Made by a program: the position numbers and the translations under genes. The notes beneath the pieces are model-generated. The model searched no databases and was not told the origin of the DNA. It was given only the letters and a program-made list of their open reading frames with translations. A DNA stretch of 63,876 nucleotides, the filler included, from Limisphaerales bacterium (GTDB taxonomy: Bacteria; Verrucomicrobiota; Verrucomicrobiia; Limisphaerales; SIBE01), in assembly GCA_044225505.1 (NCBI GenBank). It is 9 parts of 9 records of this genome, joined end to end, with 100 filler letters (N's around TTAATTAATTAA, not from the genome) between each part and the next. Parts side by side here need not be neighbours in the genome. Positions count along the whole stretch, not along the records: positions 58,936 to 63,876 come from JBGAIN010000305.1; 8 more parts are not named here. One strand, 5' to 3'. This document shows, piece by piece, positions 63,673-63,876 of the stretch (its first letter is position 1; each line of letters begins with the position of its first letter).

Positions 63673-63876
63673 TTACTGGGTCTCGCCTCGAGTCACGCGA
63701 AGAAATACCTCTTCCAGCCCGAGTTCGTCTTCCCAAAGCCCGGTCAGTTTCAATCCGCCGTGCACCAAAACGGCGGCGATAAACCCGGGGTCAGTATCAT
63801 GACTCTTTAGAGTCAGCTTGATCTGGTTATCCGTCGGAACCGCTTCGGCGACCTCGTCTTGCGCTTGAAGAAGCTG
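63673..63876 (-). CDS. ABC transporter ATP-binding protein C-terminus, 5'-truncated by window end
   Basis: Manual translation ends ...LWEDELGLEEVFLRVTRGETQ*, the typical LE.VF tail, upstream of the permeases. Confidence 0.75.
   Translation of the reverse strand, partial: QLLQAQDEVAEAVPTDNQIKLTLKSHDTDPGFIAAVLVHGGLKLTGLWEDELGLEEVFLRVTRGETQ

Overview
This window is not one locus. It is nine short (~5-7.5 kb) contigs joined by artificial 100-bp N/TTAATTAATTAA spacers, probably from a metagenome-assembled genome. The partial 16S rRNA gene looks verrucomicrobial, although not every contig need come from that organism. Contents by contig: (1) mrr, an unusual TIM-barrel/GAF histidine kinase with its response regulator, and a disrupted KAP-type NTPase. 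(2) DUF72 and a large hybrid kinase pair. (3) T2SS gspF/H/I/J/K, bioD and a 16S gene with three tandem promoters. (4) Glycoside hydrolases and a frameshifted DinG-like helicase. (5) Secreted proteins, an FAD monooxygenase and a GH62-like enzyme. (6) A nucleotidyltransferase/large helical protein/nuclease-like operon and an attC-like site. (7) A type I-B CRISPR-Cas operon (cas6-cas8b-cas7-cas5-cas3-cas1). (8) glgB, an amidase, mscS and a beta-CASP nuclease. (9) Tandem ABC-2 permease paralogs. The stand-out feature is the ~330-bp cas6-cas8b intergenic region. On the minus strand it holds a sigma70-like promoter, then a tRNA with a serine-type body but a CCA (Trp) anticodon, then a two-repeat mini-CRISPR. 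The mini-CRISPR's short guide matches 17/17 nt a CCC-flanked site just upstream of that promoter's -35 box. This is the architecture of a CreTA-like CRISPR-guarded addiction module, with a possibly mistranslating (Trp->Ser) tRNA as the toxin. That function is inferred, and the anticodon base needs read-level confirmation because several genes in the window carry apparent assembly errors.
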